Shown here: piece by piece, positions 10,167 through 18,914 of the stretch
Numbering within the stretch: the stretch's first letter is position 1
How the letters are laid out: every line of letters starts with the position of its first letter
Assembly (NCBI GenBank): GCA_964403505.1
Contig: CAYOFP010000005.1
Coordinates: forward strand, 7,655 to 71,654
DNA length: 64,000 nt
Direction of reading: 5' to 3'
From: an uncultured Lachnospiraceae bacterium
GTDB taxonomy: Bacteria; Bacillota; Clostridia; Oscillospirales; CAG-272
Made by a program: the position numbers and the translations under genes
Notes under the pieces: model-generated
Databases searched by the model: none
Told to the model about the DNA's origin: nothing
The model's input: the letters and a program-made list of their open reading frames with translations, nothing else

Positions 10167-10567
10167 TTATATAATATAGCATCCTCTGTGGGATATTTAT
10201 AGTAATTCTTTCTTCTTCCGTACTCAGAAAAGCCGTGCTTTTCGTACAGTGCACGTGCGGCGGCATTGCCCTCCCGCGCCTCGAGAAAATACTGCATACC
10301 GCTTTCTCTCATCACAAAATCAAGGAGCATACCGGCGATACCCTGCCGCCTGTACTCAGGCGCAACGGCGATATTCGCTATCTCGCACTCACCCAAAACG
10401 CTCCACGATACGATATATCCGCAGACGCCGTTTTCATATGCGCATAAGATACGCCCCGCCTCCGCTTCATATTCAAGAGAAGCATAGGACCACGGATCCG
10501 AAAAGCATTTCCGCTCGATTTCCGATACCTCATGCACCATCTCAGCGGTACATTTCACGATCTTCAA
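10160..10567 (-). CDS. rimI: ribosomal-protein-alanine N-acetyltransferase (GNAT)
   Basis: ORF 10160..10591 begins at a GTG. A TTG at 10567 has AGAGAGG 8 nt upstream and avoids overlap with the upstream gene. The GNAT motif RRQGIAGMLL is present and tsaD lies immediately downstream. The start is uncertain by about 8 codons. Confidence 0.75.
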   Translation of the reverse strand: MKIVKCTAEMVHEVSEIERKCFSDPWSYASLEYEAEAGRILCAYENGVCGYIVSWSVLGECEIANIAVAPEYRRQGIAGMLLDFVMRESGMQYFLEAREGNAAARALYEKHGFSEYGRRKNYYKYPTEDAILYKC

Positions 10568-11019
10568 AAGGAAAACCTCTCTTTTAGGCACCCGACGATC
10601 TCGTCAAGGCAGGCGGAATACACAGCGTCATCTCCGCCGTAGGGATCGGATATCTCATGCCTCATGCACTCAAGCTTCGCCGTATGCTCGGGATAGGACT
10701 GCACAAGCGACATAAAATGCACACCCGTCATGGCAATGATAATATCATTATCCCGTGCCGTATTCTCGGTAAAGGGACGGGAGATATGGGGCGGCGCTTT
10801 TATGCCCATTCCCTCGAGCGCTCTTTGCGCCCCGGGGGTCATATCGCTTCCGGCGCCGGCACAGATCCCTGCGCTCGTTGCAATAAACCTGTCGGGCGCA
10901 TAGTGATTCAGGACAGCCGCCGCCATGGGAGAGCGGCAGGTATTGCCCGTGCAGACAAAGCAAACACGCAGCTTTTTATCTGTTTTATTTTCCGTTTTCT
11001 TTTTTTCTTGTAAAATCAA
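10564..11019 (-). CDS. low-molecular-weight protein tyrosine/arginine phosphatase family
   Basis: The CX5R(S/T) P-loop is present (CFVCTGNTCRSPMA) together with a downstream DP motif (ISDPYG). The start is uncertain. A TTG at 11019 overlaps the upstream TGA, and the ORF track extends to 11058. Confidence 0.75.
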   Translation of the reverse strand: MILQEKKKTENKTDKKLRVCFVCTGNTCRSPMAAAVLNHYAPDRFIATSAGICAGAGSDMTPGAQRALEGMGIKAPPHISRPFTENTARDNDIIIAMTGVHFMSLVQSYPEHTAKLECMRHEISDPYGGDDAVYSACLDEIVGCLKERFSF

Positions 11020-11498
11020 TATCCCAATTCCAGAACAGTATCGTCGTTTTCCACCCACTCGAATACACTTATCACACGGTAATTACTCTCATCTTCACGA
11101 ATCACGACTCTGTCGATTCCCGCATTTATAATAAGACGCTTGCACATCGCACAGGAATTCACACCTCCGACGACCTCTCCCGTCTTCGGGGAAACGCACG
11201 CCATATAAAGAGTTGCGCCCAGCATCTGCTCCCTCGGTGCGGCAATGATGGCATTTGCCTCTGCATGGACGCTCCGGCAGAGCTCATATCTCTCACCCCG
11301 GGGTATGTTAAGCTTATCACGCAGGCAGGTGCCCATATCCGAGCAGTTCTTTCTGCCTCGGGGCGAGCCGACATAACCTGTCGAGATAATGACATCGTTT
11401 TTCACGATGATCGCACCGAAATGGCGCCGCAGGCAGGTGCCCCGCTCGGCAACCGTCTGTGCGATATCAAGATAATAGTTTTCCTTACTTACCCTCAT
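11016..11498 (-). CDS. comEB: dCMP deaminase (ComEB-type cytidine/deoxycytidylate deaminase)
   Basis: The 160-aa product has the zinc-binding HAEANAI and PCAMCKRLI motifs. Confidence 0.85.
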   Translation of the reverse strand: MRVSKENYYLDIAQTVAERGTCLRRHFGAIIVKNDVIISTGYVGSPRGRKNCSDMGTCLRDKLNIPRGERYELCRSVHAEANAIIAAPREQMLGATLYMACVSPKTGEVVGGVNSCAMCKRLIINAGIDRVVIREDESNYRVISVFEWVENDDTVLELGY

Positions 11499-12367
11499 AG
11501 ACCTTTTACAAACTCCACTAAAAATTTTCTGAAGTCTTCGCCGACCTCGGCGCTTTTTATCCCCTCGATGACGTTCGCCTCGAGGAAACCGAGCTTTGAG
11601 CCCATATCATATCTTCTGCCATCAAAATCGACTGCCATCATGCCGCTTTTTCGTGAAAGCTCCGCCATAGCGTCGGTGAGCTGTATCTCGCCGCCGGCGC
11701 CCGGCTCTGTTTTCTCTAAAATACCGAAAATATCGGACGGCAGAATGACACGGCCGAGGATCGAGAAATTTGAAAATGCTTCTTCCCTTGTCTTCGGCTT
11801 CTCGATCATATCGCTCACTTTATAGACATTACCGCCGACGCTGTCTGTCTTAAGTGAGCAATAACGTGTCACATCCTCCCACGGAACTGCCTTCACTCCT
11901 GCAACTCCGAGACCGTATTTTTCATAAACATCGGCAAGCTGCTTTGTGACAGGCACGTCCGAGATGATGATATCATCGCCGTAAAGCACGGCAAAATCGT
12001 CATCCCCGACAAAGGCACGTGCCTTGAGAATGGCATGTCCGAGCCCCTTTGCTTCCTTTTGTCTGATAAACGTGATATTCGCCATATCGGCGACCTCATG
12101 CAGGAGGCGCAGATCGTCCAATCTGCCCTTTTCACTGAGTCGCTTATCGTATATCGGCGAGTAATCGAAATAATCTTCGATACATTCCTTGCCTGCGGCG
12201 GTAACGATCAGTATATCTTCGATGCCTGCATCCGCCGCTTCTTTGACAAGATAGGATATCGCAGGTCTGTCAACGATAGGCAGCATCTCCTTCGGAACTG
12301 CCTTGGATATCGGGAGCATACGGGTGCCGAGCCCTGCCGCCGGAATCACCGCTTTCTTTATTTTCAT
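11495..12367 (-). CDS. galU: UTP--glucose-1-phosphate uridylyltransferase
   Basis: The 290-aa product has the N-terminal KAVIPAAGLGTRMLP motif and further GalU-type motifs (VEKP-like IEKPK). Confidence 0.9.
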   Translation of the reverse strand: MKIKKAVIPAAGLGTRMLPISKAVPKEMLPIVDRPAISYLVKEAADAGIEDILIVTAAGKECIEDYFDYSPIYDKRLSEKGRLDDLRLLHEVADMANITFIRQKEAKGLGHAILKARAFVGDDDFAVLYGDDIIISDVPVTKQLADVYEKYGLGVAGVKAVPWEDVTRYCSLKTDSVGGNVYKVSDMIEKPKTREEAFSNFSILGRVILPSDIFGILEKTEPGAGGEIQLTDAMAELSRKSGMMAVDFDGRRYDMGSKLGFLEANVIEGIKSAEVGEDFRKFLVEFVKGL

Positions 12368-12388
12368 AACAAAACCTCACAAACACAG

Positions 12389-12439
12389 TTAAGCTATTTT
12401 ATATATTAAGCTATTTTATATATTAAGTTATTTTATCAT
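12389..12439. repeat. 17-bp tandem repeat x3 (TTAAGCTATTTTATATA) in the galU upstream region
   Basis: Units lie at 12389-12405, 12406-12422 and 12423-12439. The first two are identical and the third has 3 mismatches. Confidence 0.9.
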
Positions 12440-12465
12440 ATTATTTATATAAAATCAAGATAGAA

Positions 12466-13329
12466 TCAAGTTTCGAACGGCGGAATGTACGCCGCCTTTG
12501 CCGACGTCCGCTCTTGCGTATAACCGTCTATATGATACCCATTAAGGATACTCAGCACCTTGTTTTGCTCAAATGTCGTTATCCTGCGCCCGAGTTCTTC
12601 CGGGGCGCCCGGCATGGGTGTATATTGGCTCATGAGAGATATCATGATCTGCTCGCCCGAATAGCGCTCGCAAAGCCACTTGACGATCTCTATACTGTCT
12701 TTATAACATCCCGGCAGTATCAGATGCCGCACGATGACCCCACGCCGCATGATGCCGTCTGAAATTTCTATCTTTCCGCACTGGCGCACCATCTCGGCAA
12801 GGGCGACGCCCGCCCTCTCAAAATAGTCGGGAGCGTGGGAATATTTTCCCGATAATTCGCTGCTCATATATTTGATATCCGGCAGATATATGTCTATAAG
12901 TCCGTCGAGCGCACGGATGGTCTCTGCCTTCTCGTATCCGCCGCTGTTCCATACAACGGGTATTTTCAGCCTCGGCTTTGCCCGCTCGAGGGCGGCGATC
13001 ACGCCGTGCGTATACTGCGTCGCCGTGACAAGATTGATATTGTGCACACCCTCATCCTGTAAGCGCAAAAATATATCGGAAAGTTCCGACACGCTCACGC
13101 TCCGCCCGACGCCGCCGTGGCTGATCTGTGCGTTCTGACAGAACACGCAATGCAGAGGACATCCCGTGAAAAACACTGCGCCCGAACCCCGCTCACCTGA
13201 TATGCAGGGTTCCTCCCACATGTGCGGTGCGGCACGTGCGATACGGATATGATGATCTGCACCGCAATAGCCGACTGTATTCTCTCTGTTTGCCCCGCAT
13301 TCTCTCGGGCAAAGATTACAAATATTCAT
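12466..13329 (-). CDS. radical SAM protein (PflX-like activating-enzyme family)
   Basis: ORF 12466..13401. The likely start is MNICNLCPRECGANR at 13329. A CX3CX2C cluster is present (CPLHCVFCQN), along with an N-terminal Cys-rich motif typical of the PflX/YjjW group. Confidence 0.8.
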   Translation of the reverse strand: MNICNLCPRECGANRENTVGYCGADHHIRIARAAPHMWEEPCISGERGSGAVFFTGCPLHCVFCQNAQISHGGVGRSVSVSELSDIFLRLQDEGVHNINLVTATQYTHGVIAALERAKPRLKIPVVWNSGGYEKAETIRALDGLIDIYLPDIKYMSSELSGKYSHAPDYFERAGVALAEMVRQCGKIEISDGIMRRGVIVRHLILPGCYKDSIEIVKWLCERYSGEQIMISLMSQYTPMPGAPEELGRRITTFEQNKVLSILNGYHIDGYTQERTSAKAAYIPPFET

Positions 13330-13433
13330 GTGATAATTATACCACCATTTACAAAATGAAACAACAGAATATTTTTTTGTAAAAAAACTTGACAATTTCA
13401 TTTGAGTGTGATATTATTTATAAGCGCATTTAT

Positions 13434-13507
13434 GCGGATGTAGTTCAATGGTAGAATCCCAGCCTTCCAAGCTGGTCGTGCGGGTTCGATTCCCGTCATC
13501 CGCTCCA
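13434..13507 (+). tRNA. tRNA-Gly (anticodon TCC)
   Basis: It folds by hand into a cloverleaf. The acceptor is GCGGATG/CATCCGC, the anticodon loop is CTTCCAA, the T-loop is TTCGATT, and CCA is encoded. Confidence 0.9.
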
Positions 13508-13510
13508 AGC

Positions 13511-13536
13511 TTATTGCCGGTATATACCGGCAATAA
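13511..13536. repeat. perfect 26-bp palindrome in the tRNA-Gly/tRNA-Arg spacer
   Basis: TTATTGCCGGTAT|ATACCGGCAATAA has 13-nt arms with no mismatches. Confidence 0.95.
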
Positions 13537-13540
13537 TTAT

Positions 13541-13617
13541 CTACCCTTAGCTCAGCAGGATAGAGCAACTGCCTTCTAAGCAGTAGGTCGAGGGTTCGAA
13601 TCCCCCAGGGTAGGCCA
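13541..13617 (+). tRNA. tRNA-Arg (anticodon TCT)
   Basis: The acceptor is CTACCCT/AGGGTAG, the D-arm is GCTC..GAGC, the anticodon loop is CTTCTAA, and the T-loop is TTCGAAT. There is one A-C mismatch in the T stem. CCA is encoded. Confidence 0.85.
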
Positions 13618-13622
13618 AATAC

Positions 13623-13700
13623 GGTGGGTGTAGCTAAGTTGGTCATAGCGCCAGGTTGTGGCCCTGGAGGCCGTGGGTTCGAATCCCATCACTCACCCCA
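13623..13700 (+). tRNA. tRNA-His (anticodon GTG) with encoded G-1
   Basis: An extra 5' G can pair with discriminator C. The acceptor is GTGGGTG/CACTCAC, the anticodon loop is TTGTGGC, the T-loop is TTCGAAT, and CCA is encoded. Confidence 0.9.
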
Positions 13701-13733
13701 GAAAAAAACCGATGCTTTAGCATCGGTTTTTTC
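13701..13733 (+). terminator. rho-independent terminator of the tRNA cluster
   Basis: The hairpin AACCGATGC-TTTA-GCATCGGTT is followed by TTTTT. Confidence 0.85.
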
Positions 13734-13737
13734 AACT

Positions 13738-13901
13738 AAATCCGTCCTGCGGACGGGTGAAATCCATCTATGATGGATGAAATCACTTCGTGATGAAATC
13801 CGACTTCGTCGGGATAGAGACGGATTTAATTTCATCTGAGGCGCAGCCGAAGATTTCATCCGAACAGAGTGAGGATTTCATCGCACTTTGTGCGATTTCA
13901 T
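13738..13901 (+). repeat. tRNA-proximal hairpin/linker array, copy A
   Basis: Four short hairpins built on ATCC..GGAT bases are separated by GAA(A) (13741-13815). Four segments spaced by ATTTCAT follow (13823-13901). It is paralogous to 42392-42562 in inverted orientation. Confidence 0.9.
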
Positions 13902-13916
13902 TAGGTCTGTTTTGGG

Positions 13917-13995
13917 TTTACGAGAGCTCAAATCCATCAGCCGAAATCGTAAGAACATCTCTTTCGCAACCTCTTTACACACTCAAACACCAATT
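13917..13995 (+). repeat. X module copy 1 (tRNA 3'-end-like repeat: ..ACGAGAGCTCAAATCCATCAGCCGAAATCG..AAACACCAAT)
   Basis: It is roughly 70% identical by eye to 15247-15310. Related copies lie at 42353-42391 and 42134-42166 on the minus strand. Confidence 0.8.
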
Positions 13996-14031
13996 TTGAT
14001 ACAGTGTGTCATGATTGGTGTTTGTTTTTTT
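13984..14031 (+). terminator. rho-independent terminator
   Basis: The hairpin AAACACCAAT-(19 nt)-ATTGGTGTTT is followed by GTTTTTTT. Confidence 0.7.
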
Positions 14032-14091
14032 CAGACAAGTTTCATTCATGTAAAATAAACAAATCGGCAAACCGGAATTCAGGAGGCGAAT

Positions 14092-14523
14092 ATGCACAAG
14101 ATTTTTGGAATAAAAGAAAACAAAAAATATGTTGACAGATACGGCGCATATATCATCCCGATAAAAAACGGAAAAGTAGGAGTTATCGAAACATCCAAAG
14201 GTTATTTTTTTATCGGCGGAGGTTCTGAGCATGATGAAACAGACGAACAATGTATCGTAAGAGAGTGTTTGGAGGAGATCGGTTATCGTGTTATAGTAAA
14301 GCAAAAAATATGTTCGGCCGAGACTTTTTGCCTCCATCCTGAAATAGGGTATTTTCATCCTATCCAAACATACTATATAGGAGACTTATTGGATAATGTA
14401 AGACAACCGTGCGAAGAAGGTCACAATTTTGTTTGGATTGAATATGAAAGAATAAAAGGTAAAATGCACCTTGATATGCAAAATTGGGCAATAGAACAAG
14501 CGACTTTTCCGGAGAAGAGATAA
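14092..14523 (+). CDS. NUDIX hydrolase
   Basis: The 143-aa product has a Nudix box (GGGSEHDETDEQCIVRECLEEIGY, i.e. GX5EX7REUXEEXGU). An RBS AGGAGG lies 7 nt upstream. The segment is AT-rich compared with its flanks. Confidence 0.85.
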   Translation: MHKIFGIKENKKYVDRYGAYIIPIKNGKVGVIETSKGYFFIGGGSEHDETDEQCIVRECLEEIGYRVIVKQKICSAETFCLHPEIGYFHPIQTYYIGDLLDNVRQPCEEGHNFVWIEYERIKGKMHLDMQNWAIEQATFPEKR

Positions 14524-14605
14524 GTAGCTTTGCTTCGCAAAGCGATTGATTAAACTAAAAATCCATGATATAATTGATGTAATCTTTATTTTTCGGAGAG
14601 AGAAT

Positions 14606-15223
14606 ATGGATAAACCTTCTTTTAAGGACAATATTAAAAAATATTATAATCAAGAAGCGGAATTAAGAGAGAGTAAGTCTGTAAAGTCCGAATGGAAGAT
14701 TAAAGTCAGACAAAATTTTTACGACATTTTAAAGCAAGAAAACAAAAAAACTCTGCTTGAATTAGGTGCAGGCGCCGGATATGACAGCGTGTTCTTTATG
14801 GATAACGGATTATCTGTCATAGCGGTTGACATATCAAATGAAATGGTAATCAAATGTAGAGAAAAAGGAATTGAAGCATACGAACTTGACTTTTATGATT
14901 TATCAGCATTAAATGTTAAATTCGATTGTATTTATGCCATAAACTCTCTATTGCATGTTCCGAAAAATGATTTGCACAAAGTTCTTCATGAAATAGATTT
15001 ATCATTGAATCAAAATGGGTTGTTCTATTTAGGACTGTATGGCGGAGATGATACCGAAACCGAATTTGTGAAAAATGATATTTCCGATGCTCCGAGATTT
15101 TTCGCATTTCATTCCGATAATTACTTAAAAAATGTGTTGAAAAATCAGTTTAATATTATTAGTTTCGAAACGCTTGATCTCGGAACAGATATTTTTCACT
15201 CAATTATTTTAAGGAAGAAATAA
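14606..15223 (+). CDS. class I SAM-dependent methyltransferase
   Basis: ORF 14546..15223. The likely start is MDKPSFKD at 14606, with GGAGAGAG upstream. Motif I is present (LLELGAGAGYD). The segment is AT-rich. Confidence 0.8.
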   Translation: MDKPSFKDNIKKYYNQEAELRESKSVKSEWKIKVRQNFYDILKQENKKTLLELGAGAGYDSVFFMDNGLSVIAVDISNEMVIKCREKGIEAYELDFYDLSALNVKFDCIYAINSLLHVPKNDLHKVLHEIDLSLNQNGLFYLGLYGGDDTETEFVKNDISDAPRFFAFHSDNYLKNVLKNQFNIISFETLDLGTDIFHSIILRKK

Positions 15224-15246
15224 TCGACTATTGATCAAAAATAGTC

Positions 15247-15310
15247 ACAAGAGTTCAAATCCCTTATTCGAAATCGCAAAAAATCTTTTTCGTTACCTAT
15301 AAACACCAAT
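15247..15310 (+). repeat. X module copy 2
   Basis: CACAAGAGTTCAAATCCCTTATTCGAAATCGCAAAAAATCTTTTTCGTTACCTATAAACACCAAT aligns with 13917-13995. Confidence 0.8.
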
Positions 15311-15341
15311 ATCCCCCGGAGACACTCTCCGGGGGATATCT
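15311..15341 (+). terminator. GC-rich hairpin (terminator-like, no clear U-tract)
   Basis: ATATCCCCCGGAG-ACACT-CTCCGGGGGATAT. Confidence 0.45.
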
Positions 15342-15435
15342 TCTGCGGTCTTTATACCGTTATCCCGGAGGTGCGCACTTGATTTTTTCCTTTTCTCGTG
15401 TTATCATAATATCGAAAAAAAGCGGAGGAAAAAAC

Positions 15436-15810
15436 ATGGCACTGAAAGAATCAGGCGAAATGTATCTCGAGACGATACATATCTTATCTAAAAAATCATC
15501 CTGTGTGCGCTCTGTCGATGTCGGCGAGTATATGGGATTTTCAAAACCGAGCGTCAGCCGTGCCGTCTCCCTGCTCAAAGCAGGCGGATACCTGACAATG
15601 GAAAAGGACGGCGCTCTTTTGCTCACCGAACAGGGAAAGGAAATCGCCGAAAAAATATACGAGCGTCATACCATCCTCACCGAAATGCTCATCAGGCTCG
15701 GCGTCGACGAGCAGACCGCCGCCGAGGACGCATGCAAAATAGAGCACGATATCAGCGATAAAACATTCGATGCGATAAAACGCCATATCGAAAAATTCAA
15801 TGACCGATAA
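15436..15810 (+). CDS. DtxR/MntR-family metal-dependent transcriptional regulator
   Basis: ORF 15379..15810. The likely start is MALKESGEMYLETI at 15436, with GGAGGAAAAAAC upstream. The N-terminal wHTH and dimerisation helix (ERHTILTEMLIRLGVDE) are typical of MntR/DtxR. Confidence 0.8.
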   Translation: MALKESGEMYLETIHILSKKSSCVRSVDVGEYMGFSKPSVSRAVSLLKAGGYLTMEKDGALLLTEQGKEIAEKIYERHTILTEMLIRLGVDEQTAAEDACKIEHDISDKTFDAIKRHIEKFNDR

Positions 15811-16456
15811 GCAGTATACGATACTATCGAAAATATTTTTATCACTTTCTCTTTCGCTCGGGGCGTATTCTCTGTATTATGCCGTAGTGCCGACCGTATT
15901 TCTCTCTGCTGCAAATTATCTTGTAATCAGTGCGGTTGTGATGGCTTTTCTGTATTTCGGCGTTAACTTCCACAATAAGACCGTCCTGAAGCAAAGCAAA
16001 AGGGATAAAGCCACACGGACAGCGCACATCGCCGCTTTTTTATATTATACGGTCATACTGATCTGCGAGATATGGTTCAATGCATACTCAAACAGGCTCT
16101 CAGGCTTTTCACTTTCCGAGCATTTTACAAAATACCGCCTCATTCCGTTTGATACAGTAGTATATGTCGTCGGCTTATATAAAAGAAATCTGAATTTCGG
16201 TTATCTTTTATCGAATTTATTCGGCAATTTTCTCATCTATATGCCGCTGTCCTACTTCCTGCCGTATTTTTTTAAAAAAATGCGAAAAACCCTTCCCTTC
16301 AGCGTCGTTTTATTCATTGTAACATCGTTTTTTGAGGTGGCGCAGGCATTCTTCTGCCTCGGTGAATTCGATACCGATGATATATTATTCAACTTCGTCG
16401 GGGCGTTTGTTTTTTATATTATAATTATGAAATCGCACATATTCGCAAAAAATTAG
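15800..16456 (+). CDS. VanZ-family membrane protein
   Basis: The 218-aa product is multi-TM and has the VanZ-type C-terminal motif (DTDDILFNFVGAFVFY). Its start overlaps the regulator stop. Confidence 0.65.
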   Translation: MTDKQYTILSKIFLSLSLSLGAYSLYYAVVPTVFLSAANYLVISAVVMAFLYFGVNFHNKTVLKQSKRDKATRTAHIAAFLYYTVILICEIWFNAYSNRLSGFSLSEHFTKYRLIPFDTVVYVVGLYKRNLNFGYLLSNLFGNFLIYMPLSYFLPYFFKKMRKTLPFSVVLFIVTSFFEVAQAFFCLGEFDTDDILFNFVGAFVFYIIIMKSHIFAKN

Positions 16457-16470
16457 CTCTTTCGAGCTGA

Positions 16471-17910
<1,440 letters not shown>

Positions 17911-17933
17911 TTGAATTAAGAATTAAAAAAATG

Positions 17934-17967
17934 TCGCATGAGCTTTATAGCTCATGCGATTTTTTTA
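17934..17967 (+). terminator. rho-independent terminator of gdhA
   Basis: TCGCATGAGC-TTTAT-AGCTCATGCGA is followed by TTTTTTT. Confidence 0.85.
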
Positions 17968-17971
17968 TAAA

Positions 17972-18282
17972 GTGTTTCGCTGTCTGCGGACAGCGACAAG
18001 GGCCGCTCCCCGTTTGCGGTACCCGGCTCTGCCTGCGGTGCGAGACGCACCTTGTCAATCGCCGACCGCTGCACTTCGTTTTGCCCACTTCATCCGCCAC
18101 CGGCGGCGCGGGCAACCTCACCCTTGACCCGGCCGCTTGCCCAAAAAAAGCGACGCAAAAACTTTCAGAAGGAGTTACATCTCTGTCGCTAATAACATCT
18201 CGGCGCAAGACAAGTCTTGCGCCCAACAAAAGTTTTTGAGGGGGGTGTGGGGGACACTTTTTTCAAAAAGTGTCCCCCACAA
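17972..18282 (+). repeat. GC-rich mosaic hairpin repeat, copy 1
   Basis: It shares three modules with 49260-49446 in the same orientation: GTGTTTCGCYGTCTGCGGACRGCGACAA(A)GGG, AAAAAAGCGACGCAAAAACTTTCA, and GGCGCAAGACAWGTCTTGCGCCCAACAAAAGTTTTTGAG.GGGG..GGGGGACAC..GT.TCCCCC. Confidence 0.9.
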
Positions 18283-18290
18283 TAATAATC

Positions 18291-18914
18291 TCAGATAACC
18301 GAAACCGAGATAAAAAATGCTGCGGCAGAGCAGAGCGAGCCTGCGATAAATTCGTTTCTCGTGTGGCGTTTGGTGCGAAGGGATGCCCAGAATACTGCGA
18401 CATATAATGCGGCACATACAGGTAAGGTTACCCAGCCTGCGAAATATACCATATAGAGCAGCGGTCCTGCAATTCCTGCGGCGTGACCGCTCGAGCGGAA
18501 TTTTATCGCCTTATTCATAATGAGCAGCAGAACATAAGATACGAAATATCCGAAGAATATTTCCTTTAAGCCGGTGCTTACCCCTGCCGTAAACGCATAG
18601 ATGATTCCGGCGATATAGCCGACAGCGGTAAATGCGAACGCCATATTCCTCTGACATTCACGTCCTCTGCGCCGGAGAGCAGGGACGAGCGCATGTACGA
18701 TATAAGCCAAGACCGGGACAATACCGAGGAAAAATAAACTGATAAAAAACTGCCCGGCGTTTTCTATGATCTCATCTGACAGGAGAAATGCGGTAAGTAA
18801 AGTCATCAGCACAAAAAGTGACGGTATACTGAAAATCCGTATGATCTTTGCCGCCTTGTCTTTGGCGACATTTCTTTTGTAATTGAGTACAAAATCGCTT
18901 CTTTCGTTTAACAT
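18291..18914 (-). CDS. integral membrane protein (weak PAP2-like SGH motif)
   Basis: ORF 18291..18965. The likely start is MLNERSDF at 18914. It has about 6 hydrophobic helices and an RSSGHAAG motif. The function is not securely assignable. Confidence 0.5.
   Translation of the reverse strand: MLNERSDFVLNYKRNVAKDKAAKIIRIFSIPSLFVLMTLLTAFLLSDEIIENAGQFFISLFFLGIVPVLAYIVHALVPALRRRGRECQRNMAFAFTAVGYIAGIIYAFTAGVSTGLKEIFFGYFVSYVLLLIMNKAIKFRSSGHAAGIAGPLLYMVYFAGWVTLPVCAALYVAVFWASLRTKRHTRNEFIAGSLCSAAAFFISVSVI

Noticed and set aside
13398-13646. An 82-aa minus-strand ORF across the tRNA cluster, plus ORFs 13790..13999+, 13975..14367- and 42392..42637+.
   Set aside because: They run through tRNA genes, terminators and the hairpin/linker arrays. 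Their apparent length is a by-product of repeat DNA.
13738-13901. A possible CRISPR array, because of regularly spaced short repeats.
   Set aside because: The repeat unit is only 7-9 nt with spacers of about 13-17 nt. Half the units are inverted, there is no leader, and there are no cas genes in the window. This is not CRISPR architecture.
13738-15341. An integron-like cassette array (attC hairpins, CALIN).
   Set aside because: There is no intI gene and no recognisable R''/L''…L'/R' structure with a GTTRRRY core. The hairpins are far shorter than attC sites. The cassette-like bracketing by X modules is kept as a finding, without the integron label.
17931-18239. ORFs 17931..18239+, 17945..18229-, 18175..18417-, 49105..49335-, 49125..49421- and 49141..49473+ with shared peptide strings (KKATQKLS, PQTAKH).
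   Set aside because: The shared peptides arise because both loci carry the same GC-rich repeat modules. Frames are open on both strands, they consist of stacked hairpins, and there is no RBS. They are scored as repeats, not genes.
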